From Candidatus Heimdallarchaeota archaeon (lineage in GTDB: Archaea; Asgardarchaeota; Heimdallarchaeia; JABLTI01): a DNA stretch of 24,761 nt. The translations under genes and the position numbers were made by a program. The stretch lies in contig JAHLVW010000056.1 of NCBI GenBank assembly GCA_019058275.1, positions 1-24,761 of the forward strand. The letters run 5' to 3'. The notes under the pieces were generated by a model. The model did no database searches. It was given only the letters and a program-made list of their open reading frames with translations, and was not told where the DNA came from. Shown one piece after another: positions 1-8,855 of this stretch (within the stretch, counting starts at the first letter, position 1; each line of letters begins with the position of its first letter).

Positions 1-880
1 CCCTAAAAGGAACGATATAGGTATTGCTAAGAGTTGTCTTATTATAATATAAATTGATAAAAATACTCCATTGATTTGTATTGTTTCTAAGAAATATAGA
101 GAGTAATAGGCCCAAAATCCAGCACCACTTTGAAAGAAAAAGGTAAGAATTAATATTGCAATAAAAATAATTGGTAAAAATGTTAATTTAGAAGAATTTT
201 CCTTAATGGTACTTTCAATTGTATTTTCTAGGTTAGCTTTAGTTTCTTTTACAAATGATGCAATTAACATTGCAATTAAACATGCTATAATAGGCAATAA
301 TTAATTGTATGATCATTGATGAAGAAAAGGTATCATAAATCCAACCTGCTAATGGACTCATAGAAGCATAAGCTATACTTACAAAGATGGTTATTTTTCC
401 TAGGATAATTCCTTTTGGTTTTGCTATAGATTTTGTTGCTAGAAAAAAGAAATTTCCTGCTGAAGCTGAACCAATGAGATAACCAACTAAAATCATAATT
501 AAAAAATAAGTTGAAGAATAAGTGAATATTAAACTAAAAAACATTAATGAATAACCAGCAAAACCTATTATAACGAATTTTTTCGCACCATACTTATCTG
601 CTAAAAAACCCCAAAAAGGAGAACCAACAAGCCTTGTGAGACAGGGTATAATAACAATAAAACCAATTATAAGATAGGATTTTTCAGTAAAAAATTGTCC
701 TAACCAAACTGGAGCATATGGTTCATAATTTGCGAAGGCTATCCCATACATGAAATAAATTAAATAAAGTAGAATTTCATTTCTTTCAAAATTTAACCAT
801 GGAGAAATTTTTTTTGGAGGTAACATCGAATTATCTTGAATTGATTTTTCCTGATTTATTGAAGATATTCGTTCAGTCAA
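1..880 (-). CDS. MFS transporter, runs off the left edge; two apparent frameshifts (~290 and ~62)
   Basis: Hydrophobic helices and MFS motif A-like GFLADKYGAKK. After the annotated end, MFS-like hydrophobic sequence continues in shifted frames (IACLIAMLIASFVKE...FFFQSGAGFWAYYSLYF, then LSIYIIIRQLLAIPISFLLG). Confidence 0.8.
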
Positions 881-1065
881 TTTTGTTCAGCAAAAATTAT
901 TCTTATATTATATAATCATTATCAAAAAACTAACAAATAAAAATAATAGAAAAAAATCATCAATTCTGATTATGGCTTTTATAATAAGGATAATGGGGAT
1001 GTTCTTTATCTTCTAATCTCATTTGATAAATTTTTTTGTTTTTCAAATCTTAAGTCATTTTATAA

Positions 1066-1105
1066 TTATATATAAGAGAATAAAACATATATCTGATAAT
1101 GGTGA
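1066..1105 (+). promoter_or_regulatory. TATA-like box (TATATATAAGA) and GGTGA RBS of PLD paralogue A
   Basis: The same elements occur at identical spacing upstream of paralogue B (box ends 36 nt before the TTG in both). Confidence 0.6.
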
Positions 1106-1112
1106 AACCGAT

Positions 1113-1658
1113 TTGATATCTGAATTTGCGGGTTATCTATTATCAGGAAATGAGGGAGATTCATTTGTACATATTGTACATAATGGCTTTATGAAAGCAA
1201 AAAAAAGAATATGGTTTACAAGTGCAAAAGTAACCGATTTTATGATTCCTAATCCGAAAACAAAAGAAGCATTTCAATTTTCACAACGACTCTATCAGTT
1301 AGCAAAACGCGGTATTAAAATTAAGTTCATACTAGCACCTAAAGAAAGAGAAAAAAATTTTTATCAAAAACTAAAAGATGTAGAAAATATAGAGATTGCT
1401 TTTTGTTACAATATGCATATGAAAGTCATACTTATAGATTCAACTTGGCTTTATTTTAGTTCAGCTAATCTTACTGGAGCAGGATTAGGATCAAGAACAA
1501 GAGACGGACGTAATAATTTCGAAATTGGAACAATTACAATTGATCAAAAAGCTATTGAACTTGTCGAACTTTTATTACAAGACATTTGGATTGGAAGTAA
1601 ATGTGAAAATTGTTATCAGAAACAAAAAGGTTATTGTAAAGGGATAGAAATGAGATAA
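1113..1658 (+). CDS. Phospholipase D-like (single HKD) protein, putative nuclease, paralogue A, with C-terminal CxxC-x7-C
   Basis: HMKVILID (HxKx4D), SANLT and NNFEIG motifs. Start moved from 1023 to TTG 1113 because of GGTGA at 1101-1105 and alignment with paralogue B. Confidence 0.9.
   Translation: MISEFAGYLLSGNEGDSFVHIVHNGFMKAKKRIWFTSAKVTDFMIPNPKTKEAFQFSQRLYQLAKRGIKIKFILAPKEREKNFYQKLKDVENIEIAFCYNMHMKVILIDSTWLYFSSANLTGAGLGSRTRDGRNNFEIGTITIDQKAIELVELLLQDIWIGSKCENCYQKQKGYCKGIEMR
1611..1649 (+). repeat. PLD 3'-tail repeat, copy 1 (inside gene A)
   Basis: tgttatcagaaacaaaaaggttattgtaaagggatagaa = CYQKQKGYCKGIE. Confidence 0.9.
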
Positions 1659-1941
1659 TCTAATAATCATGGAAAAATAATATAGAATACTTTCAGTTAA
1701 TCTCTAGGTTTTTACTTTTAAATATAAATTTCTAGAAATTATAATAGAACTTGCCTAGGAGCTGTATATTAATTTGTATAAAGAAATAAATTTAGTAATT
1801 TTGTGAAAGAACACCCAAAAGTAACTATGGGTATAATAATAACTATACTAGTTATCTTTATTCCAATTGCAGGATTAATTGGAAATTAACGAGGAAAATT
1901 TAGGACTTAATACACACCCTTTTTTTGAATACCTGTTAATT

Positions 1942-2139
1942 TCAATCTGTGTTAACTTTGTATATTTTTTCACCTAACTCAAAAGTATCGAAATCACCAC
2001 GTAGAATATCAATTAGCGCGTTCCAACTCCGTCCATAATGCTTGAAAACTGGACAAAGAACTCTTAAAATTTCATCATGGAATTCCGGATGAGAATTAAT
2101 ATTTTTTCCATTTATTGTGAAGATTTTACGTTCGGTAAT
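1942..2139 (-). pseudogene. Barstar-family (ribonuclease inhibitor-like) gene remnant
   Basis: Manual translation: ITERKIFTINGKNINSHPEFHDEILRVLCPVFKHYGRSWNALIDILRGDFDTFELGEKIYKVNTD*. Fits the barstar pattern (IDG..I....F..EI.....YG.N.DAL.D.L). No canonical start (ATT after GAGG) and short. Confidence 0.65.
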
Positions 2140-2360
2140 TATAAATTCCTCATTATCATGAGATTTTTTAAAGTTACTACTCTGAAATAAATATCATAAC
2201 TCCTTACTTTGATTCTTTTATATATCTCCTATAAAATCAAGAAAAACAATTTTCTAAGCGTAGTCGATTATTAATGCTGTATTATCTATGAATTAAACAA
2301 TTAGCAATTAAATTAATAGAAAAAAAACTAATTTAGTTAATTAAAAGTATTTTATAATAA

Positions 2361-2395
2361 GAAAAAACCTTTAAAAGGAATGAAACGATTTCATT
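2361..2395 (+). promoter_or_regulatory. BRE/TATA-like element followed by palindrome AATGAAA-cga-TTTCATT upstream of the FG-GAP gene
   Basis: gaaaaaacctttaaaa at 2361-2376; perfect 7-bp inverted repeat at 2379-2395. Confidence 0.4.
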
Positions 2396-2458
2396 AGTTG
2401 CATTTTTTTTAGAAATATTCTATTTGGGAAATTAACTAAATCTAATTGGTGAGATTGA

Positions 2459-5277
2459 ATGAATATAAAAACTAAGGTGGTAATAGTTGGGTTACTACTA
2501 AATCTATTTTGTAGTAGTTTGTGTATGAGTATTGGCAAAAGCATTATTGTAAGCAATAAAGAGATATCCACTAGCACTGAATATGTAAGTGATAAAGCGG
2601 TAGAAGAACCTATAATTCTTGACGGAACAATAACTGATTATTATGCGAATGGCGAAACATTGACTAGGGGGAGTAGCACAAATCCACTTCCTACTGAAAT
2701 AAGTACTAATTCGCATCCACTCACAAAAAATGACTATCTGTTAATAAAATTGGAGGAAATAGCTGCTCTTCCAAACGAACCAGACCAAGGGTGGGTTTAT
2801 GATGATGTAGGGGAGAATTTCTCTGCAGTTAATGACCTTTTTAGCGAACATCAACTCTATGAGAACTTATGGGGAGAATTTAGTACAGCTTATTCAACAT
2901 TACATTCAGATTATCTATTTCGTTTACCATGGGGTTATGGGGGATTTACAAGTGATATAGCTACAGGTGATGTTGATGGGGATGGTCTAGATGAAGTGAT
3001 AGTTGCTACAGATGATGATTATCTTGAAATTTATGATGACGCAAACAATAATTACTTTAAGGGATCAATTCTATTTGAAAATCTTCCAGAACCAGTCAAT
3101 GATAATTTAGGTTACAACGCTTCAGTCTGGAAAATTGACTTATTGAAAACAATAGCTGTGGGTGATGTGGATGGAGATGGCATAGATGAAATTGCTATTG
3201 TACGTTCTTTCTTAAGTGGAACAATTGAATGGTGGTGGAATATTTGGGAAAATAGATATGAACTAAGTGAATTTGATTTATCGCTAACAATTCGTCTATG
3301 GGTCTTTGATGTATTAGAATGGGATTTTATTGGAGCAGGTATTAATTTTATCACAACAAACATCACAAATTGGTGGTCATATACTCAACACACCCATCAA
3401 GATATTAATCTTTCAATGGAACCAGAAGTTGCTTTGGGTGATGTGGATGGGGATGGATTAGATGAAATTATTATAGGATACTGTTTTGGTATATATCCTT
3501 CGGCGGAGATAGTAAGTGATAGTGATATTCATATTTTTGATGATTTTAACCACTCATTTGCTAGGATTTGGGATAAGGATCTTGAATTTGATTGCCAATA
3601 TCCTAAAAATGAATTTAGTTATTTTCTCCATGATATTGATATAGTCTGTGGCGATTTTGACGGAGATAAAAAAGATGAGATAGCATTTGCTGCTATTCCC
3701 TATAATGGTTATGATTGTGAAGGTGCATTGCTTATAATTGATGATTCTGTTATGGGTATATTGGGCCAATATGGTGAAGTAGCAGAGTTTAGATCTGGAG
3801 ATCATGATATTGCTTGGCAACAACGAATACCAATTGCATGTGGAGATATAGATGGTGACGGTAGAGACGAGATAGGATTAGTGAGATCTTTATCGGGACT
3901 GCAACTAAGGGAACTGTTTATCTATGAATTTTCCCAAGGTAATTATACGCTAAGAAACTCTTTTAACTCTTCTGATTGGGAGTTTCTTGATTTCATTTTT
4001 ACAATGGGTGATGTAGATTGCGATGGGTTAGCTGAACTGGTTTTTTCAGGACGATATGGTAACTATGTTGTTGATGATGCAAATGCAGGATTTACTCATA
4101 TCATGAATAAAACAGCTGGAAACTTAGGATTAGTTGCTTGCGGTGATTTTGATGGGGATGGTATGCGGTTGAAGTATACTGGTGAAAATTGGAGAAAACT
4201 GCCCCACCTGGCTTGATAGTTGCATTAGCTGCTCCTCCAGTTTATACTGGTATAATACAAAATTATGACTGGAGCTGGTCAGCTTTTGGAAAAGCAGCAA
4301 GCACTAGCACTGCAAATACTACTGAAGTTGGTACTACAGTAAGTTCAACTATTTCATTCAAACAATCAATTAGCTATTATATTGAATTTTTTAGTTTTTC
4401 GTGGAGTCGTACTTTTGGAAGGGAATTTACTCTAACGAATACGAAAATAAAAACAGCAGTTCAAGAAATTAGTTATTCCTCTGGTTGTTGGATAGATTCG
4501 GTTATTTATCATTTAACTGATTATCAATCTTATAAATATGAAATAACTCATCACCCTTTTAATACTACTCTCATAGGCCAGTTCATAACTCTAAATATAC
4601 CCTATCCGCCCAGTATTATGAAAACTACCTTGGATTATTTTGACCCACACTATGATCAAACAGTTCGTTTAGAAACATTTAATCATACAATTGGTCAACC
4701 ATGGACTTATCCTGCTAGAAATGAAACTTCTAATATAGCATCCGAATGCTTGACTTCTGGAGAACCAATCTCAGTTGGACAAGGTACTGGAAATAATTTA
4801 GTGACAATTAAAATCGAAGAATTAAGCGAATATGGTATCACAGATACGCATTTTTCTGACTATTCAGCAGGAGTGGCTTATTTTGGATTAGGATTAAGTT
4901 ATAGTGAAGGGACTTCAAACTCAAAATGTTATGAAATTTCTATGAGTACATCCTGTATTTATGAGGGTAGTGTGGGAGATATAAGAAATGAAGCAACATT
5001 TGAAGAACTCCAATATTCTTTTGGTATCTTTATCTATTATGTAACACACTCGGATGGTTTTACCTATCAAGTGATTAATTATTACGTTGAAGGTGCCAAA
5101 CCTTATTATCCAGCTAATATCAAAGTCTTCTTCTTAAATAACTGGAAGTGGCTAACAGGTGTTGGTGGAGGAATTGTTGGATTAGCAATAATTATACCCA
5201 CAAGTGTTGCTTTGGTCAAACGAGGAAAAGCAAAACCAAAAACAAAGAAAAAACCTACAACAAAAACCGCTAAATGA
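2459..5277 (+). CDS. Secreted, C-terminally membrane-anchored FG-GAP/VCBS-repeat protein, split into 2459-4216 and 4189-5277 by a single-base frameshift near 4195
   Basis: N-terminal signal-like segment; seven GD(V/F/I)D(G/C)D-type Ca-binding repeats. Adding one A to the A4 run in ggagaaaact joins the two ORFs (W-R-K-T-A-P-P). C-terminal TM helix followed by a Lys-rich tail. Confidence 0.85.
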
Positions 5278-5501
5278 ACAACAAAAATAATAAGAATTTA
5301 TCAAACCATTATCTTGAATTTATATTTAAGAAAAGAAATGAAAAATTATCTAATAATAAAGAAATAGAAAAACCAAATAAACTTGACATTGAAGATTTAT
5401 TTGAAATCCCAAAAGGTTGGAATTGGGCTACAATTGATCAAATAACCTATAAAATTGGATCAGGAATTACTCCTCATTATTATCAAACTAGATTAAACTA
5501 A
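5274..5501 (+). pseudogene. hsdS: Fragment of a type I restriction-modification specificity subunit
   Basis: LFEIPKGWNWATIDQITYKIGSGITP is the typical conserved-region/TRD-entry sequence of HsdS; the ORF stops a few codons later. Confidence 0.7.
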
Positions 5502-5571
5502 ATTTACAATAAAAGATTAGATGTTAATCTTGATTAAAAATATTTAACTAGATTTTGAACATAGTTGGATT

Positions 5572-5613
5572 TGCTATCAAAAACAAAAGAAGTATTGTAA
5601 AGGAATAGAGTAA
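5572..5613 (+). repeat. PLD 3'-tail repeat, copy 2 (isolated)
   Basis: tgctatcaaaaacaaaagaagtattgtaaaggaatagagtaa = CYQKQKKYCKGIE*; no PLD homology upstream. Confidence 0.9.
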
Positions 5614-5663
5614 ATACATAATAATGTCAGAATAAATAGTTTTTATATATAAAAAGAAAAGGG

Positions 5664-5687
5664 AGGATAAATTCTCTTATCCTTTTT
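5664..5687. terminator. Possible hairpin terminator
   Basis: AGGATAA-attctc-TTATCCT flanked by A- and T-rich tracts, just downstream of 5730-6098 (-). Confidence 0.3.
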
Positions 5688-5729
5688 ACTTACAACGTTG
5701 AACTACGTTATTTAACTTAGTATTTCTAA

Positions 5730-6098
5730 TTAATCAGTTTCAGTTGTTAGATCAAGAGGTTGTATGAATTGCTTGCTTATGTTAGCATATAGAATACCAA
5801 TTAATCCAAATCCTGCATCTGCAATATATACCCAATAATATGTTTTATTAGGAATTACGCTAACGAATCCTATTATCGCTATAGTTAATAATGGGATTGC
5901 TGTTATGAAATAAAGAATAGCAAAATAAATATTCAATTTCCTATACTTAACTTCGATTTCTTTTTTCCGAATTAATTTGTGAAATCCTTCATATCTCATA
6001 ACAATGAAATTTTTTGACCATACTAACATCAAAATACCAAGAACACACAGAACTATTCCAGCAATTAATGTATAAACTTCAATCATCTCGAATTCCAA
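5730..6098 (-). CDS. Small hypothetical membrane protein (about 3 TM helices)
   Basis: Three hydrophobic segments. AAAGGTTTAAATA box roughly 20-30 nt upstream on the minus strand suggests a leaderless transcript. Confidence 0.75.
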   Translation of the reverse strand: MEFEMIEVYTLIAGIVLCVLGILMLVWSKNFIVMRYEGFHKLIRKKEIEVKYRKLNIYFAILYFITAIPLLTIAIIGFVSVIPNKTYYWVYIADAGFGLIGILYANISKQFIQPLDLTTETD

Positions 6099-6457
6099 GT
6101 AAAAAAAAACAAATGAATATTTAAACCTTTATAATTTGAGGAATCTCAAAGATGGTCTAAATCCTGATTCGCATCTATCATTGTAGATTATGCGAGTACC
6201 CTAATAAACTGAATAGATTTGAGAAAAAATAGCAAAAAATGAAAATAAGAGATAATTAGATAAATTATAATGATTTCTTAAATTTTATGTTATTTGATTA
6301 TGAAAAATAAATATTTATAAAGTTAAATAAATGGATATCTTTTAGTAAACTATTATTTTTGTCTATTAGTCTTTTTCCATAATTACATAACCAAAGTTTA
6401 ATTAATCTCTTAAAATGAGGTATTTACTTAGATTCCTTTTGATTAATTTAATAAAAA

Positions 6458-7345
6458 ATGTTGGAAGTCAAAAAAAAAAACAGAATTAAGGATAGTTTAG
6501 ATATGAATAAAATGAATAATAAAGAGACATTATTGTATATGTACATTCTAGGAACAGGAAATAGAGAAAATTACCTTAGAGGTGTTGTACCTTATCGTAT
6601 AAATAATGAAGAGGTTTTTTTTGGTCCTTGTAAAGTGCCTATTCGTAAAGAAGTTAAAACCATAAAAGATGAATTGAATGGTGAATATAAAGGAAACCCA
6701 AAAATTTACCTTGTTGGAATTAATCCTACTAAAAGTCGTAAGCCAAGGAAAATATTATTTGTTGGTGAAATAATAAATATTTTTACTTTTAAGGAAGCAT
6801 GGGAACATTACGACAAAATAAAATCAGAAGATTTTACTGATGATTATAAAGAAAAAGTAGAGAAAATGATTAATGGAATTGAAAGTAAAAAAGGAACCAC
6901 TGAAAGTCCTTTATTTTTAAAACCCATTAAGGATAAAGGAATAGATGGATACAAACATCGAACTGATATGCACAAAAATAGATGGAAATTAGATTTGTTA
7001 TCTAGTACAGAGATAAAGAAAATAAAACAGACTCCACAAAATGAGATATTTAAAAATAAAGATTCAGATTTTGCCTATGACTGTTGTTTTAAAATGAAAA
7101 ACATACATATCTCGTTTAATGAGAAGAATCAATGTCCTATTGATCTAACAGATAAAATGTTTGAGTTAATTAAACCAGTTGTTCTTGAGAAACGACCGGA
7201 TATTCAAAAAGATAATCTAAAAAAACCGGATATTACTTCACCTTTTGGTTATAATATAAAAGATGAAAGATATGGTCGTGGACATATTATATTAAGAAAT
7301 GCTGAAGCAGAAGAATTTATTCAATTACTACTTGAAAAAAAATGA
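6458..7345 (+). CDS. Nmad2-like (nucleotide modification associated domain 2) protein; start may be 6503
   Basis: LYMYI...FFGPCKVPIRK...IYLVGI...KILFVGEI..IFTFKEAW resembles the Nmad2 pattern (Y.V...TLATCKP.IR...W.VG...LVY.M.V...TF.EYW). Adjacent to Nmad3. Confidence 0.6.
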   Translation: MLEVKKKNRIKDSLDMNKMNNKETLLYMYILGTGNRENYLRGVVPYRINNEEVFFGPCKVPIRKEVKTIKDELNGEYKGNPKIYLVGINPTKSRKPRKILFVGEIINIFTFKEAWEHYDKIKSEDFTDDYKEKVEKMINGIESKKGTTESPLFLKPIKDKGIDGYKHRTDMHKNRWKLDLLSSTEIKKIKQTPQNEIFKNKDSDFAYDCCFKMKNIHISFNEKNQCPIDLTDKMFELIKPVVLEKRPDIQKDNLKKPDITSPFGYNIKDERYGRGHIILRNAEAEEFIQLLLEKK

Positions 7346-7355
7346 GTGTAAAATT

Positions 7356-8111
7356 ATGACTAAAGTCTACCTAGCAAATGTCGGAGTTAATAGGAGTGAT
7401 GAGAAAAGAGGAATGATGAGCCCTCTTTTTCAAGACAATACATTTGAATTTATTCCAATAAAAGAAAATAAAGAAATTAAAGGAAAGGATATTCCAACAT
7501 ATAAAATGCTTAAATCATATAATTCCAATTCATCATTAGCTGATTATTTACCAGAAAAAATTCATTCATATTATGCACACAATGATCCAGAATTTGCTAC
7601 TTTTACGTATGGGGATATGATTAAAAATAGTAGAAGTAGAAATTTATTACAAATAGAAAAAGATGATTATCTTTTCTTTTTAGCTAGATTAACGCCATAT
7701 AGAAATGACAAATACATAAAATCTGAAGGAAATTTCTATCTTATAGGTTACTTTCAAATTGAAGGCTTATATAAAACAAAACAAGAATTAAATGAAAATT
7801 CAGAAAAAATAAAAGAAAATGCTCATTATAAAAAATATAGATTAAATTTTGAAAAAGTTGAATCATTTTTTATTATTAAAGGTGATATTAAAAGATCTAA
7901 ACGATTCAAATATCCTGTTAGAGTTGATAGAGCTTTCAGTAATAATTTCTTGACAGATGTTTATGGTAGAGCTTATAAATGGAAAAATGATTCAAAATTC
8001 GATAATCAAGTTATAGGTTCCTACACTCGTACAATACGTTCGGTTTTAGATTCTGAGAAAAATCCAGAGAAATTTCATGGATTTTATGATTTTTTGAAGA
8101 GAAGAAATTAA
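7356..8111 (+). CDS. Nmad3 family (nucleotide modification associated domain 3) protein
   Basis: NVG.N...SPLFQDNTFEFIPI, HNDPEF..FTYGD, DYLFFLARL, YLIGYF and ENAH motifs. ATG 7356 lies 10 nt after the upstream stop. Confidence 0.8.
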   Translation: MTKVYLANVGVNRSDEKRGMMSPLFQDNTFEFIPIKENKEIKGKDIPTYKMLKSYNSNSSLADYLPEKIHSYYAHNDPEFATFTYGDMIKNSRSRNLLQIEKDDYLFFLARLTPYRNDKYIKSEGNFYLIGYFQIEGLYKTKQELNENSEKIKENAHYKKYRLNFEKVESFFIIKGDIKRSKRFKYPVRVDRAFSNNFLTDVYGRAYKWKNDSKFDNQVIGSYTRTIRSVLDSEKNPEKFHGFYDFLKRRN

Positions 8112-8163
8112 TTACTTAAAATTTTAAAATTTTATATACCACTATTTTATTTCTTTTTACTAA

Positions 8164-8203
8164 CTATATATAAGATATTATTGCCTATATTTAATAATGG
8201 TGA
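8164..8203 (+). promoter_or_regulatory. TATA-like box and GGTGA RBS of PLD paralogue B
   Basis: Same sequence and spacing as upstream of paralogue A. Confidence 0.6.
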
Positions 8204-8210
8204 ATTTGAT

Positions 8211-8750
8211 TTGATTTCAGAAATTGAAGGCAATCTTATATTGGGAAATGATGGGGATTCTTTTGAACATATAGTACATAATGGGTTCTTACTAGCTAAA
8301 AAAGAAATTTGGTTTACTTGTGCAAAAACAACTGATTTTATGATTCCAAATCCATATACTAAAGAAGCCTTTAATTTCACACATAGGGTAGTTAGATTAA
8401 GGAATCGTGGTGTAAAGATTAATTTCATACTTGCTCCTCGAGAAAGAGAAAAAAAAGTATATCAAAAGTTAAAAAATGAAGAAAACATAGACTTTCGCTT
8501 TTGTTATAATTTACATCTCAAAGTAATTTTAACAGATATATCTTGGCTTTACTTCGGTTCTGCTAATCTTACAGGTGCAGGATTAGGTTCAAGATCTAGG
8601 AAGGGCAGAAATAATTTTGAAATTGGTGTAATAACAACCAATAAACAAGCGATAATGAATGTTGAAAGATTACTTCTTAGAATTTGGAATGGTCTTGAGT
8701 GTGATAATTGCTATCAAAAAAATAAAGGATATTGCCAAGGAATTGAATAA
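8211..8750 (+). CDS. Phospholipase D-like (single HKD) protein, paralogue B
   Basis: HLKVILTD, GSANLT and NNFEIG motifs; 124/179 identical residues to paralogue A without gaps (manual count). TTG 8211 follows GGTGA. Confidence 0.9.
   Translation: MISEIEGNLILGNDGDSFEHIVHNGFLLAKKEIWFTCAKTTDFMIPNPYTKEAFNFTHRVVRLRNRGVKINFILAPREREKKVYQKLKNEENIDFRFCYNLHLKVILTDISWLYFGSANLTGAGLGSRSRKGRNNFEIGVITTNKQAIMNVERLLLRIWNGLECDNCYQKNKGYCQGIE
8709..8750 (+). repeat. PLD 3'-tail repeat, copy 3 (inside gene B)
   Basis: tgctatcaaaaaaataaaggatattgccaaggaattgaataa = CYQKNKGYCQGIE*. Confidence 0.9.
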
Positions 8751-8855
8751 TAGATTTCTTATAAGATTATAATATATTAACTAATTGAAGAATTCACACA
8801 ATCAATAACAGGTGATGGGACGAGTTGTTAATCAGAAAAATAATGAGTGAAGTTA

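Noticed and set aside
968-1007. Possible fourth PLD 5' stub (tatggctttt...gataatggggat)
   Set aside because: The translation DYGFYNKDNGD does not align convincingly and there is no RBS or start; compatible with chance.
1023-1112. N-terminal extensions of PLD ORFs (1023-1112; likewise 8181-8210) and of Nmad3 (7299-7355)
   Set aside because: They cover promoter/RBS sequence or overlap the upstream gene; downstream starts fit better.
1727-1740. Perfect palindrome AATTTCTAGAAATT (also GGTAAATTTACC at 10940-10951)
   Set aside because: AT-rich, single-copy and not at a defined junction; plausible by chance.
2371-3823. Minus-strand ORFs 2371-2577, 2504-2716, 3112-3366 and 3554-3823
   Set aside because: Antisense shadows of the FG-GAP gene with no motifs.
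2459-4216. GGTGATGTGGATGG-type DNA repeats as a non-coding repeat family
   Set aside because: Fully explained by the encoded FG-GAP motifs.
5691-5717. tacaacgttgaactacgttatttaac as an attC-like site
   Set aside because: Too short, no extended stem, and not repeated at other cassette ends.
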